From: Sulfurimonadaceae bacterium
GTDB taxonomy: Bacteria; Campylobacterota; Campylobacteria; Campylobacterales; Sulfurimonadaceae
Direction: 5' to 3'
NCBI GenBank assembly: GCA_041571435.1
Contig: JBFFUI010000032.1
Location: 1-27,438, forward strand
DNA: 27,438 nt
The position numbers and the translations under genes are program-made. Each line of letters starts with the position of its first letter. The first letter of the stretch is position 1. Below, in pieces: positions 1 through 9,835 of this stretch. Under the pieces are notes generated by a model that searched no databases, was not told the origin of the DNA, and was given only the letters and a program-made list of their open reading frames with translations.

Positions 1-324
1 AGTTTCGGCCTGCTCATCTGCTTTGAACTCCGCTTTAAACAGTTTTGGCAAGTGCTAGAGGGGGCGGATATAATATTAATTCCAGCTCAATGGGGTAAAC
101 TACGCACGCAAAATTTTGTTTCATTGACCAATGCCCTGGCCGTTATGAACCAGTGCTATGTGGTGGCATCCGACACCAACAACAGTGACACGACGGGGAT
201 GAGCGGGATCATTACCCCTTTCGGCGAAGAGCGTCGAAACGGCAGGGCCCCCTCTCTGATTGAGACATATAAAGAAAAAGAGGTGCGTAAAATGCGCCGA
301 TATTTGGATGTAGGTATAGCGTGA
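1..324 (+). CDS. Carbon-nitrogen hydrolase (nitrilase superfamily), 5'-truncated by the window edge
   Basis: Frame is open from base 1: SFGLLICFELRF contains the nitrilase catalytic Cys motif (ICF/YE/DLRF), followed by GADIILIPAQW and G-S-I-I-T-P-x-G-like segments. Confidence 0.85.
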   Translation, partial: SFGLLICFELRFKQFWQVLEGADIILIPAQWGKLRTQNFVSLTNALAVMNQCYVVASDTNNSDTTGMSGIITPFGEERRNGRAPSLIETYKEKEVRKMRRYLDVGIA

Positions 325-962
325 TCGATAAAATAACAGCAATTAAAACAAAACGTATGGCCGAGGAGATCGACAGTGTTTTTGAACTCTCTCCGAAAGT
401 CAAAGAGGCCATCATCAACACAAACCGCGAAAAATTCGTTCCTGTTGCTATGCGTCAGCATGCCTATAAGCTTGATGCGTTGCCGATTGGGGCAAATCAG
501 TGGATCTCTTCACCGCTAACGGTGGCGAAGATGACCGAGTACCTTGATCCTGAAGGTGCAGACAGGGTTCTGGAGATCGGTTGCGGCAGCGGCTATCAGG
601 CGGCCGTTCTATCGCATCTTTTCCGCGGTGTCTTTTCGATCGAACGTATCGAACCGTTGATCGTTGAAGCGAAGCAGCGTTTTCGCGAACTGGGCATACA
701 AAACGTGCACACCCGAACAGATGACGGCCAAAAAGGGTGGATCCAGTATGCCCCTTATGACCGTATCCTCTTCTCGGCTGCCCCGACGCACATACCACAG
801 GCGCTCATTGACCAGCTGGCTCCGCGCGGCGTTATTGTGGCTCCGATGGAAAAAGACGGCAAACAGGTGATTACACGCTTTGTCAAAATCGGGGATGAGT
901 TGATCGAAGATGAGTTGGAAGTCTGTGAATTCGTCCCTGTCCTGGATGGTGTTCAGCGATAA
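321..962 (+). CDS. pcm: Protein-L-isoaspartate O-methyltransferase
   Basis: ISSP, VLEIGCGSGYQAAVL SAM motif, APYDRI, C-terminal FVP; GTGA overlap with the upstream stop. Confidence 0.95.
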   Translation: MIDKITAIKTKRMAEEIDSVFELSPKVKEAIINTNREKFVPVAMRQHAYKLDALPIGANQWISSPLTVAKMTEYLDPEGADRVLEIGCGSGYQAAVLSHLFRGVFSIERIEPLIVEAKQRFRELGIQNVHTRTDDGQKGWIQYAPYDRILFSAAPTHIPQALIDQLAPRGVIVAPMEKDGKQVITRFVKIGDELIEDELEVCEFVPVLDGVQR

Positions 963-1010
963 CGCACTGTTATTTAATGTCTTTTCATACATTTAGTTGC
1001 TATTGGTTAT

Positions 1011-1016
1011 TATAAT
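1011..1016 (+). promoter_or_regulatory. Sigma70 -10 box for the 1044-4270 gene run
   Basis: TATAAT in an AT-rich gap, 27 nt before the ATG at 1044. Confidence 0.5.
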
Positions 1017-1043
1017 ACGATTAACACCATACAAGGTCTGATT

Positions 1044-1499
1044 ATGAAGAAACTTTCGCTGGTCGTCTTTCTTTTTCTCTTTTCACATCCGCCCCTGTTT
1101 GCCACAACCCCGCATAACCTTGAAGGGTTAAAAGCCCTCAACGTTTTGGTGATTGACAAGAGCAACACGATCTCCCAGCAGACCAAAAAAAAGATCTACA
1201 CGGCCCTTAACAAGAGGCTCGAAGAGAATGGGATCCTCAGCAAAAAAGAGGATATCGGCACAATGTTCGTAAAGATCACCTCTACAAAGATCGATAACAG
1301 ATGGGTTGCCTATATCCAACTCGGTATCGGTGAAGAGGCTGTGATTGAGCGTTCGGGAAAGGTACAGAGCTTTGTTATATCCTACAGTATCGACGATATG
1401 GTCGAGAGTGAGGATATTGACGCCGAAGTGTATGATTCAGTAATAAACTTTTTAATCAATGAGTTTCTTGAACAGTATCATGAAGACAATGACGAATAA
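1044..1499 (+). CDS. Hypothetical exported protein
   Basis: 151 aa; signal-peptide-like N-terminus MKKLSLVVFLFLF; AAGG RBS; co-linear with downstream genes. Confidence 0.75.
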   Translation: MKKLSLVVFLFLFSHPPLFATTPHNLEGLKALNVLVIDKSNTISQQTKKKIYTALNKRLEENGILSKKEDIGTMFVKITSTKIDNRWVAYIQLGIGEEAVIERSGKVQSFVISYSIDDMVESEDIDAEVYDSVINFLINEFLEQYHEDNDE

Positions 1500-1508
1500 G
1501 GAAAGAAT

Positions 1509-2117
1509 ATGACTATGCAACAGATGTGGAACGAGAAGTTTTCCGGTAAGACGTTTTTGTACGGTAAAGAGCCCAATGCTTTTTTAGCGGCAAATGAGCC
1601 TCTTTTACGGCCTAAAAGCGATATTCTGATGTTAGGTGAGGGTGAAGGCAGAACAGCATGCTTTATGGCTCTTAAAGGGCATGCTGTCACTGCATTAGAT
1701 GCCTCGGATGTCGGCTTGGACAAAACCAGAGCGCTGGCAAAAGAGATGGGTGTCGAGGTCAAGACCATACACGCCGACTTGAGCGAATGGCGTAGCGAAC
1801 GAAAATACAACGGGGTTTTGACCTCATTCTTACATCTGCCGGAGCCGCTACGTACGGAGGCGTTTTCGCATGCGTTGGATTCACTTGATAGCGGTGGTTT
1901 CTTCATGGGTGAGTTCTTCTCTGTGAAACAGCTCTCCCGGGATTCCGGAGGGCCCAAGATGGCGGAGCTACTTTACACCCTTGAATCTATTGAAAAAATA
2001 GTCAGTCGTGATGATCTGAAGATCATTAAACTAGAAGAGTGCGTTGACCACCTGTCGGAAGGCCATGGCCACCAAGGCGATGCAGAACTGATCCGTGTTA
2101 TTGCACAGAAATTATAA
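1509..2117 (+). CDS. Class I SAM-dependent methyltransferase (TehB-like family)
   Basis: W-x-E-K-F...YGKEPN, ILMLGEGEGR SAM motif, SGGP motif; AAGGA RBS. Confidence 0.85.
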   Translation: MTMQQMWNEKFSGKTFLYGKEPNAFLAANEPLLRPKSDILMLGEGEGRTACFMALKGHAVTALDASDVGLDKTRALAKEMGVEVKTIHADLSEWRSERKYNGVLTSFLHLPEPLRTEAFSHALDSLDSGGFFMGEFFSVKQLSRDSGGPKMAELLYTLESIEKIVSRDDLKIIKLEECVDHLSEGHGHQGDAELIRVIAQKL

Positions 2118-2126
2118 GGGTAAGCC

Positions 2127-3826
2127 GTGAGTAAACCGTTTATACAGCTGCCATTATTGACACTGAAGGCACTTTTTGAATACAGTCAAGAGCATTATGA
2201 TGATCGCCCTGCTCTGGGTTTTGTCGACGGCGAAGGGATGAGTTATGCCGAACTGGGTGCGAAAATCAGGTCGATCCAGACGATGCTCCATGCGTATGGG
2301 ATCCGCGGCGGTGACAAGGTCGCGCTCTACAGTGAGAACATGCCGAACTGGGGTGCGGTATATTTTGCGGTGACGACCATGGGCGCGATAATCGTCCCGG
2401 TTCTGCCTGATTTTCACACATCCGAGGCACTGCACATCGCCCACCATGCAGAGTGCAAAGCGGCTTTTATCTCCCAAAAACTCTTTGATACGATGTTGGA
2501 TGAGACGCAGCCGCCTTCGATGAACCTTCTGGTGATACTCAATGAGCTTAATGTGCTCGAAAAGTTGTCATCACAGTCCAAAGTCGAAAAAGCGTTGCAA
2601 AAGGGTGAGGAACATCTTACCAAAGCGATGGGCAAAGGCAAAAAGGAGAAAGAGGTAGCTGAAGATGATACGGCGGCCATCATCTATACCTCAGGCACCA
2701 CAGGCAGTTCCAAAGGGGTGATGCTTTCGCATAAGAACCTCACATCCAACGCTGTTATGGCACAGACTATTGTCGATATCTTTCCGGAGGACCGTTTCCT
2801 CTCTATACTGCCATTGGCACATACCTATGAATGCACACTCGGTTTTCTTATTCCGATGCTTAACGGTGCTTCCGTATATTATATCCTCAAGCCGCCAACC
2901 CCAACGATCCTGATCAAAGCGATGGCTACGGTAAAACCGAATTTTATGCTAACCGTTCCGCTTATTATTGAGAAGATATATAAAAACAAGGTGCAGCCGA
3001 ACTTTCATAAAAACATGTTGATCCGTGCGCTTTACGCCATTCCTCTTGTACGAAAGAAGCTCAACAAGATCGCAGGCAGAAAGCTGATGGAGACCTTTGG
3101 CGGCAACATGCGGTTTTTTGGTATCGGCGGTGCCAGCCTCTCGCCATACGTGGAGAGGTTTTTGCGTGAGGCTGAGTTTCCTTACTGTATCGGTTACGGA
3201 TTGACAGAGACCTCGCCACTGCTGGCCGGGACTAACGCGACTAAAACAAAGCTCTATGCCATCGGCCCGGCAATGGAGGGGATAGAGCTTGAACTGCGCG
3301 ACCATGACGATTCCGGTTCGGGTGTTCTCTGGGCGCGCGGTCCGAATGTTATGCAGGGATATTACAAGGATCCGGAGAAGACGGCTTCAGTGATAGACGG
3401 TGACGGCTGGTTCAACACGGAAGATATCGGCCATTTCGATGAAGAGGGCTACTTCTTCATGAGCGGACGCGCCAAAAACATCATCGTCGGACCAGGCGGC
3501 GAAAACATCTACCCGGAGCAGATTGAAGGGGCGATCAATGCCAATGAACTTGTCGCGGACTCGTTAGTATATGACGATAACGGCATACTAACAGCGCGTA
3601 TCCATCTCGATTATGACAAGCTTGATGATCTCTTCGGTGACAGCATAAGCTCCGAGACAAAGACGCACGAAAAGATTGAGACGGTTTTGGAAGAGATACG
3701 CACTGAGGTCAATGAAAATGTCTCCGCCTTCTCACGCATACGTAAGGTCATAGAACAGCGTGAGGAGTTTGTCAAGACCCCGACGAAGAAGATCAAACGT
3801 TATCTCTATGTCGAGGCGAAAAAATA

Positions 3827-3827
<1 letters not shown>
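2127..3827 (+). CDS. Long-chain fatty acid-CoA ligase (AMP-binding)
   Basis: IIYTSGTTGSSKGVML AMP-binding motif, GYGLTET, GRAKNII, GENIYPE, TPTKKIKR. Confidence 0.92.
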
Positions 3828-4270
<443 letters not shown>

Positions 4271-4339
4271 TCCACACTATTCCTACATATTTTTCGCTTA
4301 CACTTGTTTATTCCAATACTAAAAACTAAAGGCGAAACT

Positions 4340-4498
4340 ATGAAACACGCGTATCTAACCGAAGCCGAGATCCACAAGTCATTCAGAGCAGGTGCCATTA
4401 CATCCAAAGAGGCTACGGAGTTGCTTACAAAGTTAAAAGTGCATTCAGAGATTAAAATAGAGCGTAGAGGTAAAGCCGCTACTCAGAAGAAGATCTAA
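4340..4498 (+). CDS. Small basic hypothetical protein (52 aa)
   Basis: ATG at 4340 preceded by AAAGG; MKHAYLTEAEIHKSF...; converges on the next gene with a 9-nt gap. Confidence 0.55.
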   Translation: MKHAYLTEAEIHKSFRAGAITSKEATELLTKLKVHSEIKIERRGKAATQKKI

Positions 4499-4507
4499 AC
4501 AGTAATA

Positions 4508-4879
4508 TCAGCTTTTAAAAGGGCGTTCTTCGTATTTTATCGAGGTGCCTGTAAGATAGAAAGCGGCATCTTTTACGGATGCTAACGCGTTATACTTCCC
4601 TATTGCAAAAGCACATTTTCCCTCTTCAAACACGATGCTAACACCATCGGCCATATCGATGAATGACACTTGTTCATCATCCACCAAACGTGCATCACTG
4701 ACACCGTCAACTTCAAACGCAATATTGATCCAGTCGTTACCGCGGTTGGTATCCTGCACTGAGAGTTCAACGGTAAAGTTCAGCGGCGAGTTCATAGTGA
4801 CGGCATAGAGTTCACCGTCTATAGCGTTGTCGATACGTTGTAGAAGTTCTGGGGTTTTGTTAGCATATAGAGGTTTCAT
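4508..4879 (-). CDS. Hypothetical protein
   Basis: 123-aa ORF of globular, beta-rich composition filling the gap downstream of nrdA. Confidence 0.75.
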   Translation of the reverse strand: MKPLYANKTPELLQRIDNAIDGELYAVTMNSPLNFTVELSVQDTNRGNDWINIAFEVDGVSDARLVDDEQVSFIDMADGVSIVFEEGKCAFAIGKYNALASVKDAAFYLTGTSIKYEERPFKS

Positions 4880-4913
4880 GGTGGCCCTGCTTAGTCGTAG
4901 TTAAAAGTGAAAG

Positions 4914-4939
4914 ACATACTGCTTTTTCAAACAGTATGC
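4914..4939 (-). terminator. Probable intrinsic terminator after nrdA
   Basis: Minus-strand stem GCAUACUGUUU/AAGCAGUAUGU followed by CUUUCACUUUU, 9 nt after the nrdA stop. Confidence 0.65.
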
Positions 4940-4948
4940 AGGTTTGGC

Positions 4949-7315
4949 CTATTGACAGCCGACGCACTCCATTGAACGGTCTTCAACGTCGTTGCTGGTC
5001 TCCGGTGACTGTGATCGGAGATAGTAGGTTGACTTGATACCCAGCTGCCACGCAAGCATGTAGATGTCATTAAGATATTTACCGCTCGCTTTGTCCAGCG
5101 TGATAAAGATGTTCAGACTCTGGCCCTGATCGATCCATTTCTGACGGATCGCACCGGCTTTAATCAGGATGCGCTGATCCAGGTCGTAGGCCGGCGTATA
5201 GTATGACCATGTCTCAGGGCTTAAATTAGGTACGACAACTGGAATGAGACCACTAAGGTTCTCTTCGTACCATTTACGCTTATAAACAGGCTCTATGGCT
5301 TGTGTAGTACCTGTTAAGATGGAGATCGACGATGTCGGAGCGACAGCCATCAGATAACCGTTACGCATGCCGTTCTTTTTGATCGTTTCACGTAATTCAT
5401 CCCATTCGTAGGCAGAAGCAAAGAGACCACCGCGATCTACCAGGTTGCGTACCTCTGCATTGGCATGATCCATCGGCAAGATCCCGCGGCTCCATTTTGA
5501 GCCTTCAAACTCCGGATAGCATCCTTTTTCGACGGCCAGTTCAGACGATGCTTTGATGGCGTTGTAACTGACCGACTCCATCACTTCATCGATCTTGTCG
5601 AAATGCTCCTGTGAACCCCAGCTGATACCTGCTTCGGCTAACATCTGTGCTTCACCCATAACACCAAGTCCGACAGAACGTGTACGAAGGTTAGTACGTT
5701 TTACTTTTTCTAAAGGATAGAAGTTTAGATCGATAACGTTGTCTAACGCACGCATCGCTGTCGGAACTATACGTTCTATATCCTCTTTTTTGTTGATACG
5801 CGAAAGGTTGACTGAGGCAAGGTTACAGACGGCAGTCGCTCCATCAATCTTCTCTTTCTCTACAATAAAGATCTGCTGACCACCGATGCTGTCCAGTGCT
5901 GTCACTTTCTTGGCCGGTTTTTCAATACCGCTGTCGACTTTGACGATCTCATCCTCTTCATAGGTCAGGAATTGACCATCCTCAAACTTGAGTTTGATCA
6001 GGTAGTGGTTCGGTGCGGTGTTCTGGAAGATCTCGGTACAAAGATTTGAACTGCGGATGATACCGGCGTGATCATTCGGGTTAGCACGGTTAGCATTGTC
6101 TTTAAAACACAGGAACGGACTGCCGGACTCAAAGTATGAGGTCAGGATCTTGCGCCACAGGTCTTTGGCTTTGACTTTTTCTTTTAAAATACTCTCATCT
6201 TGTTCAAACTCGATATAGCGTTTTTCAAACGCTTCGCCATAAAGGTTTGTCAATTCACGTGTTTGGAACGGATCGAACAGCGTCCATATCCCATCTTCCT
6301 GCACGCGCTTCATAAAGACGTCGCTGATCCAAAGTGACGGGAAAAGGTCGTGCGCTCTACGGCGTTCTTCACCCGAGTTCTTTTTCAGATCCAGGAAGTC
6401 ATTGATATCGATATGCCACGGTTCAAGGTAGACGGCGATCGCCCCTTTACGTGTCCCCAACTGATCAACGGCAATAGCAACATCGTTGGTGATCTTCAAG
6501 AAAGGAACGGTACCGCCGGCTGCATTTTTATGCCCATCGATGAACGAACCGATCGAACGGACCTGTGTCCAGTCCCAACCGATTCCACCACCAAACTTTG
6601 AAAGCAACGCCATCTCTTTGTAGCCGTCAAAGATACCTTCGATGTTATCCGGTGTCGAACCGATATAACACGAGCTCAATTGGTGGCGAGGTGTACGCGC
6701 ATTAGAGAGTGTCGGTGTAGCCAGCATGATCTCGAATTGGGAGATCATATCGTAGAACTTGATCGCCCACTCCTCTTTATTCTCTTCGTTCTGTGCCAGG
6801 AACATTGCAATACCCATGAACATGTGCTGCGGAAGTTCTATCGGGTCACCCTTGCCGTCTTTAATCAGATAACGGTCATAGAGTGTTTTGATGCCCAGGT
6901 AGTTGAAAAGCATATCACGTTCCGGTGCGATGTGTTTGTCAAGCACTTCCAGATCATACATATCGCGCAGACCGAGAAGTATACGTCCCTCTTTTTCGCC
7001 ACGTTCAAAATACTTCTCCAAACTGCAGTAACCGGTAAAACCATTGACTTGATGGTAGAGGTCAAACAGGAACAGGCGTGATGCGACAAAGGTCCAGTTG
7101 GGAGCATCAATGTCGATCTTGTCGACAGCTGTTTTGATCAGTGTTTCCTGAATTGCTTTTGAAGTTATGCCATCTTGAAAGTGCAACTGGGCATCAACTT
7201 CCAGTTCACTTTGACTGACACCGCTGAGCCCTTTGACGGCTGCAGAAGTATACTTTTGAATTTTGGAGATATCGAGTGTTTCACGTCGACCGTTACGTTT
7301 AAGAATCGTGATCAT
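4949..7315 (-). CDS. nrdA: Ribonucleoside-diphosphate reductase class Ia alpha subunit
   Basis: N-terminal ATP cone, ATPTL, LSSC, SNLCTEI radical Cys, VCNLAS, APTSSIS, KSTYY and C-terminal CxxC (CVGCQ). Confidence 0.97.
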   Translation of the reverse strand: MITILKRNGRRETLDISKIQKYTSAAVKGLSGVSQSELEVDAQLHFQDGITSKAIQETLIKTAVDKIDIDAPNWTFVASRLFLFDLYHQVNGFTGYCSLEKYFERGEKEGRILLGLRDMYDLEVLDKHIAPERDMLFNYLGIKTLYDRYLIKDGKGDPIELPQHMFMGIAMFLAQNEENKEEWAIKFYDMISQFEIMLATPTLSNARTPRHQLSSCYIGSTPDNIEGIFDGYKEMALLSKFGGGIGWDWTQVRSIGSFIDGHKNAAGGTVPFLKITNDVAIAVDQLGTRKGAIAVYLEPWHIDINDFLDLKKNSGEERRRAHDLFPSLWISDVFMKRVQEDGIWTLFDPFQTRELTNLYGEAFEKRYIEFEQDESILKEKVKAKDLWRKILTSYFESGSPFLCFKDNANRANPNDHAGIIRSSNLCTEIFQNTAPNHYLIKLKFEDGQFLTYEEDEIVKVDSGIEKPAKKVTALDSIGGQQIFIVEKEKIDGATAVCNLASVNLSRINKKEDIERIVPTAMRALDNVIDLNFYPLEKVKRTNLRTRSVGLGVMGEAQMLAEAGISWGSQEHFDKIDEVMESVSYNAIKASSELAVEKGCYPEFEGSKWSRGILPMDHANAEVRNLVDRGGLFASAYEWDELRETIKKNGMRNGYLMAVAPTSSISILTGTTQAIEPVYKRKWYEENLSGLIPVVVPNLSPETWSYYTPAYDLDQRILIKAGAIRQKWIDQGQSLNIFITLDKASGKYLNDIYMLAWQLGIKSTYYLRSQSPETSNDVEDRSMECVGCQ

Positions 7316-7368
7316 GCTTTTCCCTTAGCGCATTATATTTAGTAATATTATCTAGTAATAATAAAGGC

Positions 7369-8697
7369 TTACTTAAAAACCCTATTAAAAATTGCATCAA
7401 CATTTTTTGTGTAGTAATCATAATTAAAACACTCTCGAATCGCATCCTCATCCAGACTTGCTCGTAGCTCTTCATCGGCTAACAGATGGTTAAGATAGAG
7501 GCTCTCACCTTTCTCGTTTGTTGTCGGTTTGCCCTGCTGGATCTCTTGCCAAACTTTCATCGCGTTACGCTGAACGATTTTGTAGGCATCTTCACGGCTC
7601 ACACCTTTAAGCGGCAGCTCAAGCAGTACACGCTGCGAGAAGACCAAACCGCCAGTCAGGTTCAGGTTCTTCATCATGTTCTCAGGATAGACCGTCAGGT
7701 TAGCGATAACATTGTTCATACGGTGCAACATAAAGTCAGTCGTGATGAATGCATCCGGTAACCAGAAACGCTCATTTGATGAGTGAGAGATATCACGCTC
7801 ATGCCATAACGCCACGTTTTCCATAGCAGGGTTTGCGAATGATCGGATTGTACGTGCAAGACCTGTTATGTTTTCTGTTAGGATCGGGTTACGTTTGTGT
7901 GGCATAGCAGAAGAACCTTTTTGCCCTTTTGCAAAATACTCTTCAGCCTCATAGACTTCTGTTCTCTGTAGGTGTCTGATTTGAACAGCAAACTTTTCAA
8001 CGGAAGAAGCGAGAAGTGCCAAGGCAGTTGCAAGACGGGCATATCTATCTCTGTGTACGACTTGATTTGAACATGGTTCAGGTTTAAGTCCAAGTTCTGC
8101 CATTGCATACTCTTCAAGTTCAAGAGGTGCGTGTGCAAAGTTACCCATCGCGCCTGAGATCTGTCCTACCGAGATAACTTCCATCGTCTCTTCAAGGTTT
8201 TTCAAGTGGCGTGCAGCTTCATCATACCACACAGCCAACGTCAAACCAAACGTGATAGGCTCGCCATGGATACCATGACTTCGTCCTACCATCAATGTGA
8301 ACTTATGCTCTTCGGCACGTTTCTTGATCGACTCCATCAACATCTTGACATCATCGATGATAATAGTTAAAGAGTCTCTCATCTGTAGTGCTACACCTGT
8401 ATCAACTGCATCAGAACTTGTCATACCATAGTGGAACCAACGCGATTCATCGCCTAGGCTCTCAGAAACGCTTGTGTTAAATGCAATCAGGTCATGTTTG
8501 GTAACCGCTTCAATCTCTTCAATACGCTCTACAGAGAACTTTGCATTTTTAACAATCTTGTCCGCATCCTCTTGAGGAATCTTTCCAAGTTTTGCCCAGG
8601 CTTTTACTGCTGCTTTTTCTACTTCCAGCCATGCCGCATATCGAGCATACTGTGTCCATTTTTCAGCCATCTCGGGGCGCGAATAACGTTCTACCAT
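7369..8697 (-). CDS. purB: Adenylosuccinate lyase
   Basis: GSSAMPHKRNP fumarate-lyase signature, TKHD, HYGMTSSD, GRSHG, HERDISH. Confidence 0.97.
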   Translation of the reverse strand: MVERYSRPEMAEKWTQYARYAAWLEVEKAAVKAWAKLGKIPQEDADKIVKNAKFSVERIEEIEAVTKHDLIAFNTSVSESLGDESRWFHYGMTSSDAVDTGVALQMRDSLTIIIDDVKMLMESIKKRAEEHKFTLMVGRSHGIHGEPITFGLTLAVWYDEAARHLKNLEETMEVISVGQISGAMGNFAHAPLELEEYAMAELGLKPEPCSNQVVHRDRYARLATALALLASSVEKFAVQIRHLQRTEVYEAEEYFAKGQKGSSAMPHKRNPILTENITGLARTIRSFANPAMENVALWHERDISHSSNERFWLPDAFITTDFMLHRMNNVIANLTVYPENMMKNLNLTGGLVFSQRVLLELPLKGVSREDAYKIVQRNAMKVWQEIQQGKPTTNEKGESLYLNHLLADEELRASLDEDAIRECFNYDYYTKNVDAIFNRVFK

Positions 8698-8761
8698 TTT
8701 GTACCTTTTTGTTGTTGAGTGATGAATACGTACTAACTGCTTAGAATCAATTGGACTAAGG

Positions 8762-8767
8762 TATAAT
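8762..8767 (+). promoter_or_regulatory. Sigma70 -10 box, probable promoter of the RluA-family gene
   Basis: TATAAT in the divergent purB/RluA intergenic region. Confidence 0.5.
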
Positions 8768-8775
8768 TCGTACGA

Positions 8776-8825
8776 AAATCTCTGGATAAAAGACCAACCT
8801 TTTGCAGTTTTTTATCCAGAGATTT
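8776..8825. repeat. Perfect 16-bp inverted repeat with 18-nt spacer
   Basis: AAATCTCTGGATAAAA (8776-8791) and TTTTATCCAGAGATTT (8810-8825). Confidence 0.9.
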
Positions 8826-8881
8826 CATCCATATTTTATATATTAATACTACTAAAAATAGACTAATAAAGGGTTTAAAAA

Positions 8882-9796
8882 ATGCCATTTATTCATAAGC
8901 GATTTTACGTTGAAAATAAAACGCCGGCTTTCCTTTTTTTGATCAAAGAGTTGGGTATGTCTCACAAGTTTGCACAACGAATGATCGCCAAAGGTCGTCT
9001 GCTTTGTAATGGTGAATATGTCATTAAAGATTCTTTCCAGCTTCAAGGCAATGTTGAACTTATTGATTTCGAAGCTGCCCCGAGAGGATTAAAACCGACA
9101 TTTGTTACTAACGACTTTGCGCTCTTTGACAAACCGTCCGGTGTTTTAATTCATCCGCAGAACCGACATACGCCCTACTCGCTCATTGATGAGATAAAAC
9201 ACCACTTCGGTCGCGACGCTAACATCACACACCGTATCGATCAGGAGACAAGCGGCCTGGTGTTAAGCGCTAACAATAAAGAGAGCGAGCGAACACTCAA
9301 GATGATGTTTGAAAACCGTCAGATGGAGAAGCGTTATCTGGCATTGGTACACGGTCATGTTTCACGTGAAACATATATTGATGTACCGCTTCTGAGAGCA
9401 GAGGATGAAAGTGCTCTGGTAAGAATGGTAGTGAAGGTACATGAAACCGGCAAACCCTCTCAAACCAATATTATACCTCTGGAGTATTTTCCTGACCTTG
9501 ACATGACACTGGTAGAAGCTCAACCGCGGACAGGACGTCAGCATCAGATAAGGGTTCATTTGTTTCACGTGAAACATCCGATAGTAGGTGATCCGATTTA
9601 TGGACAGAAAGAGGAAGATATCGTACGGTTTTTAGACAGGGATATTTCGCCTTCAGAACGTAAAAAACTGTCAGGAGCAAAAAGGTTATTGCTGCATGCT
9701 TCACAGCTTGGTTTTGCGTACGAAGGCAATCAGTATGATATACATTCCAAGGTCGACTTCAGAGCGCTTGCACTCAAAGAGGCAAGAGAAGCCTGA
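8882..9796 (+). CDS. RluA/RluD-family RNA pseudouridine synthase
   Basis: DKPSG, HRIDQETSG (catalytic Asp), TGRQHQIRVH, HPIVGDPIYG, LLHA. Confidence 0.93.
   Translation: MPFIHKRFYVENKTPAFLFLIKELGMSHKFAQRMIAKGRLLCNGEYVIKDSFQLQGNVELIDFEAAPRGLKPTFVTNDFALFDKPSGVLIHPQNRHTPYSLIDEIKHHFGRDANITHRIDQETSGLVLSANNKESERTLKMMFENRQMEKRYLALVHGHVSRETYIDVPLLRAEDESALVRMVVKVHETGKPSQTNIIPLEYFPDLDMTLVEAQPRTGRQHQIRVHLFHVKHPIVGDPIYGQKEEDIVRFLDRDISPSERKKLSGAKRLLLHASQLGFAYEGNQYDIHSKVDFRALALKEAREA
9358..9373. promoter_or_regulatory. parS: parS centromere-like site (ParB binding)
   Basis: TGTTTCACGTGAAACA, a perfect match to the bacterial parS consensus; palindrome extends to 18 bp (9357-9374). Confidence 0.85.
9561..9576. 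promoter_or_regulatory. parS: parS centromere-like site (ParB binding)
   Basis: Second perfect TGTTTCACGTGAAACA, 203 bp from the first. Confidence 0.85.
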
Positions 9797-9835
9797 CGTA
9801 GACAGAGTATATATATGATATAGAAAGCAGAGTGA

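Noticed and set aside
5835-6020. ~60-aa insertion in NrdA between NLCTEI and VCNLAS, possible intein or intron
   Set aside because: No intein termini (C/S start, HN end), too short, frame intact; more likely a lineage-specific loop.
7277-7292. parS-like TGTTTCACGTCGACCG at the 5' end of nrdA
   Set aside because: Only the left half matches (12/16) and it is not palindromic.
4949-7315. nrdA without an adjacent nrdB
   Set aside because: Unlinked nrdA and nrdB are normal in Campylobacterota; nrdB is probably outside the window.
7328-7362. NrdR-box-like AT-rich repeats upstream of nrdA
   Set aside because: Weak matches in AT-rich DNA with wrong spacing; NrdR is generally reported absent from this lineage.
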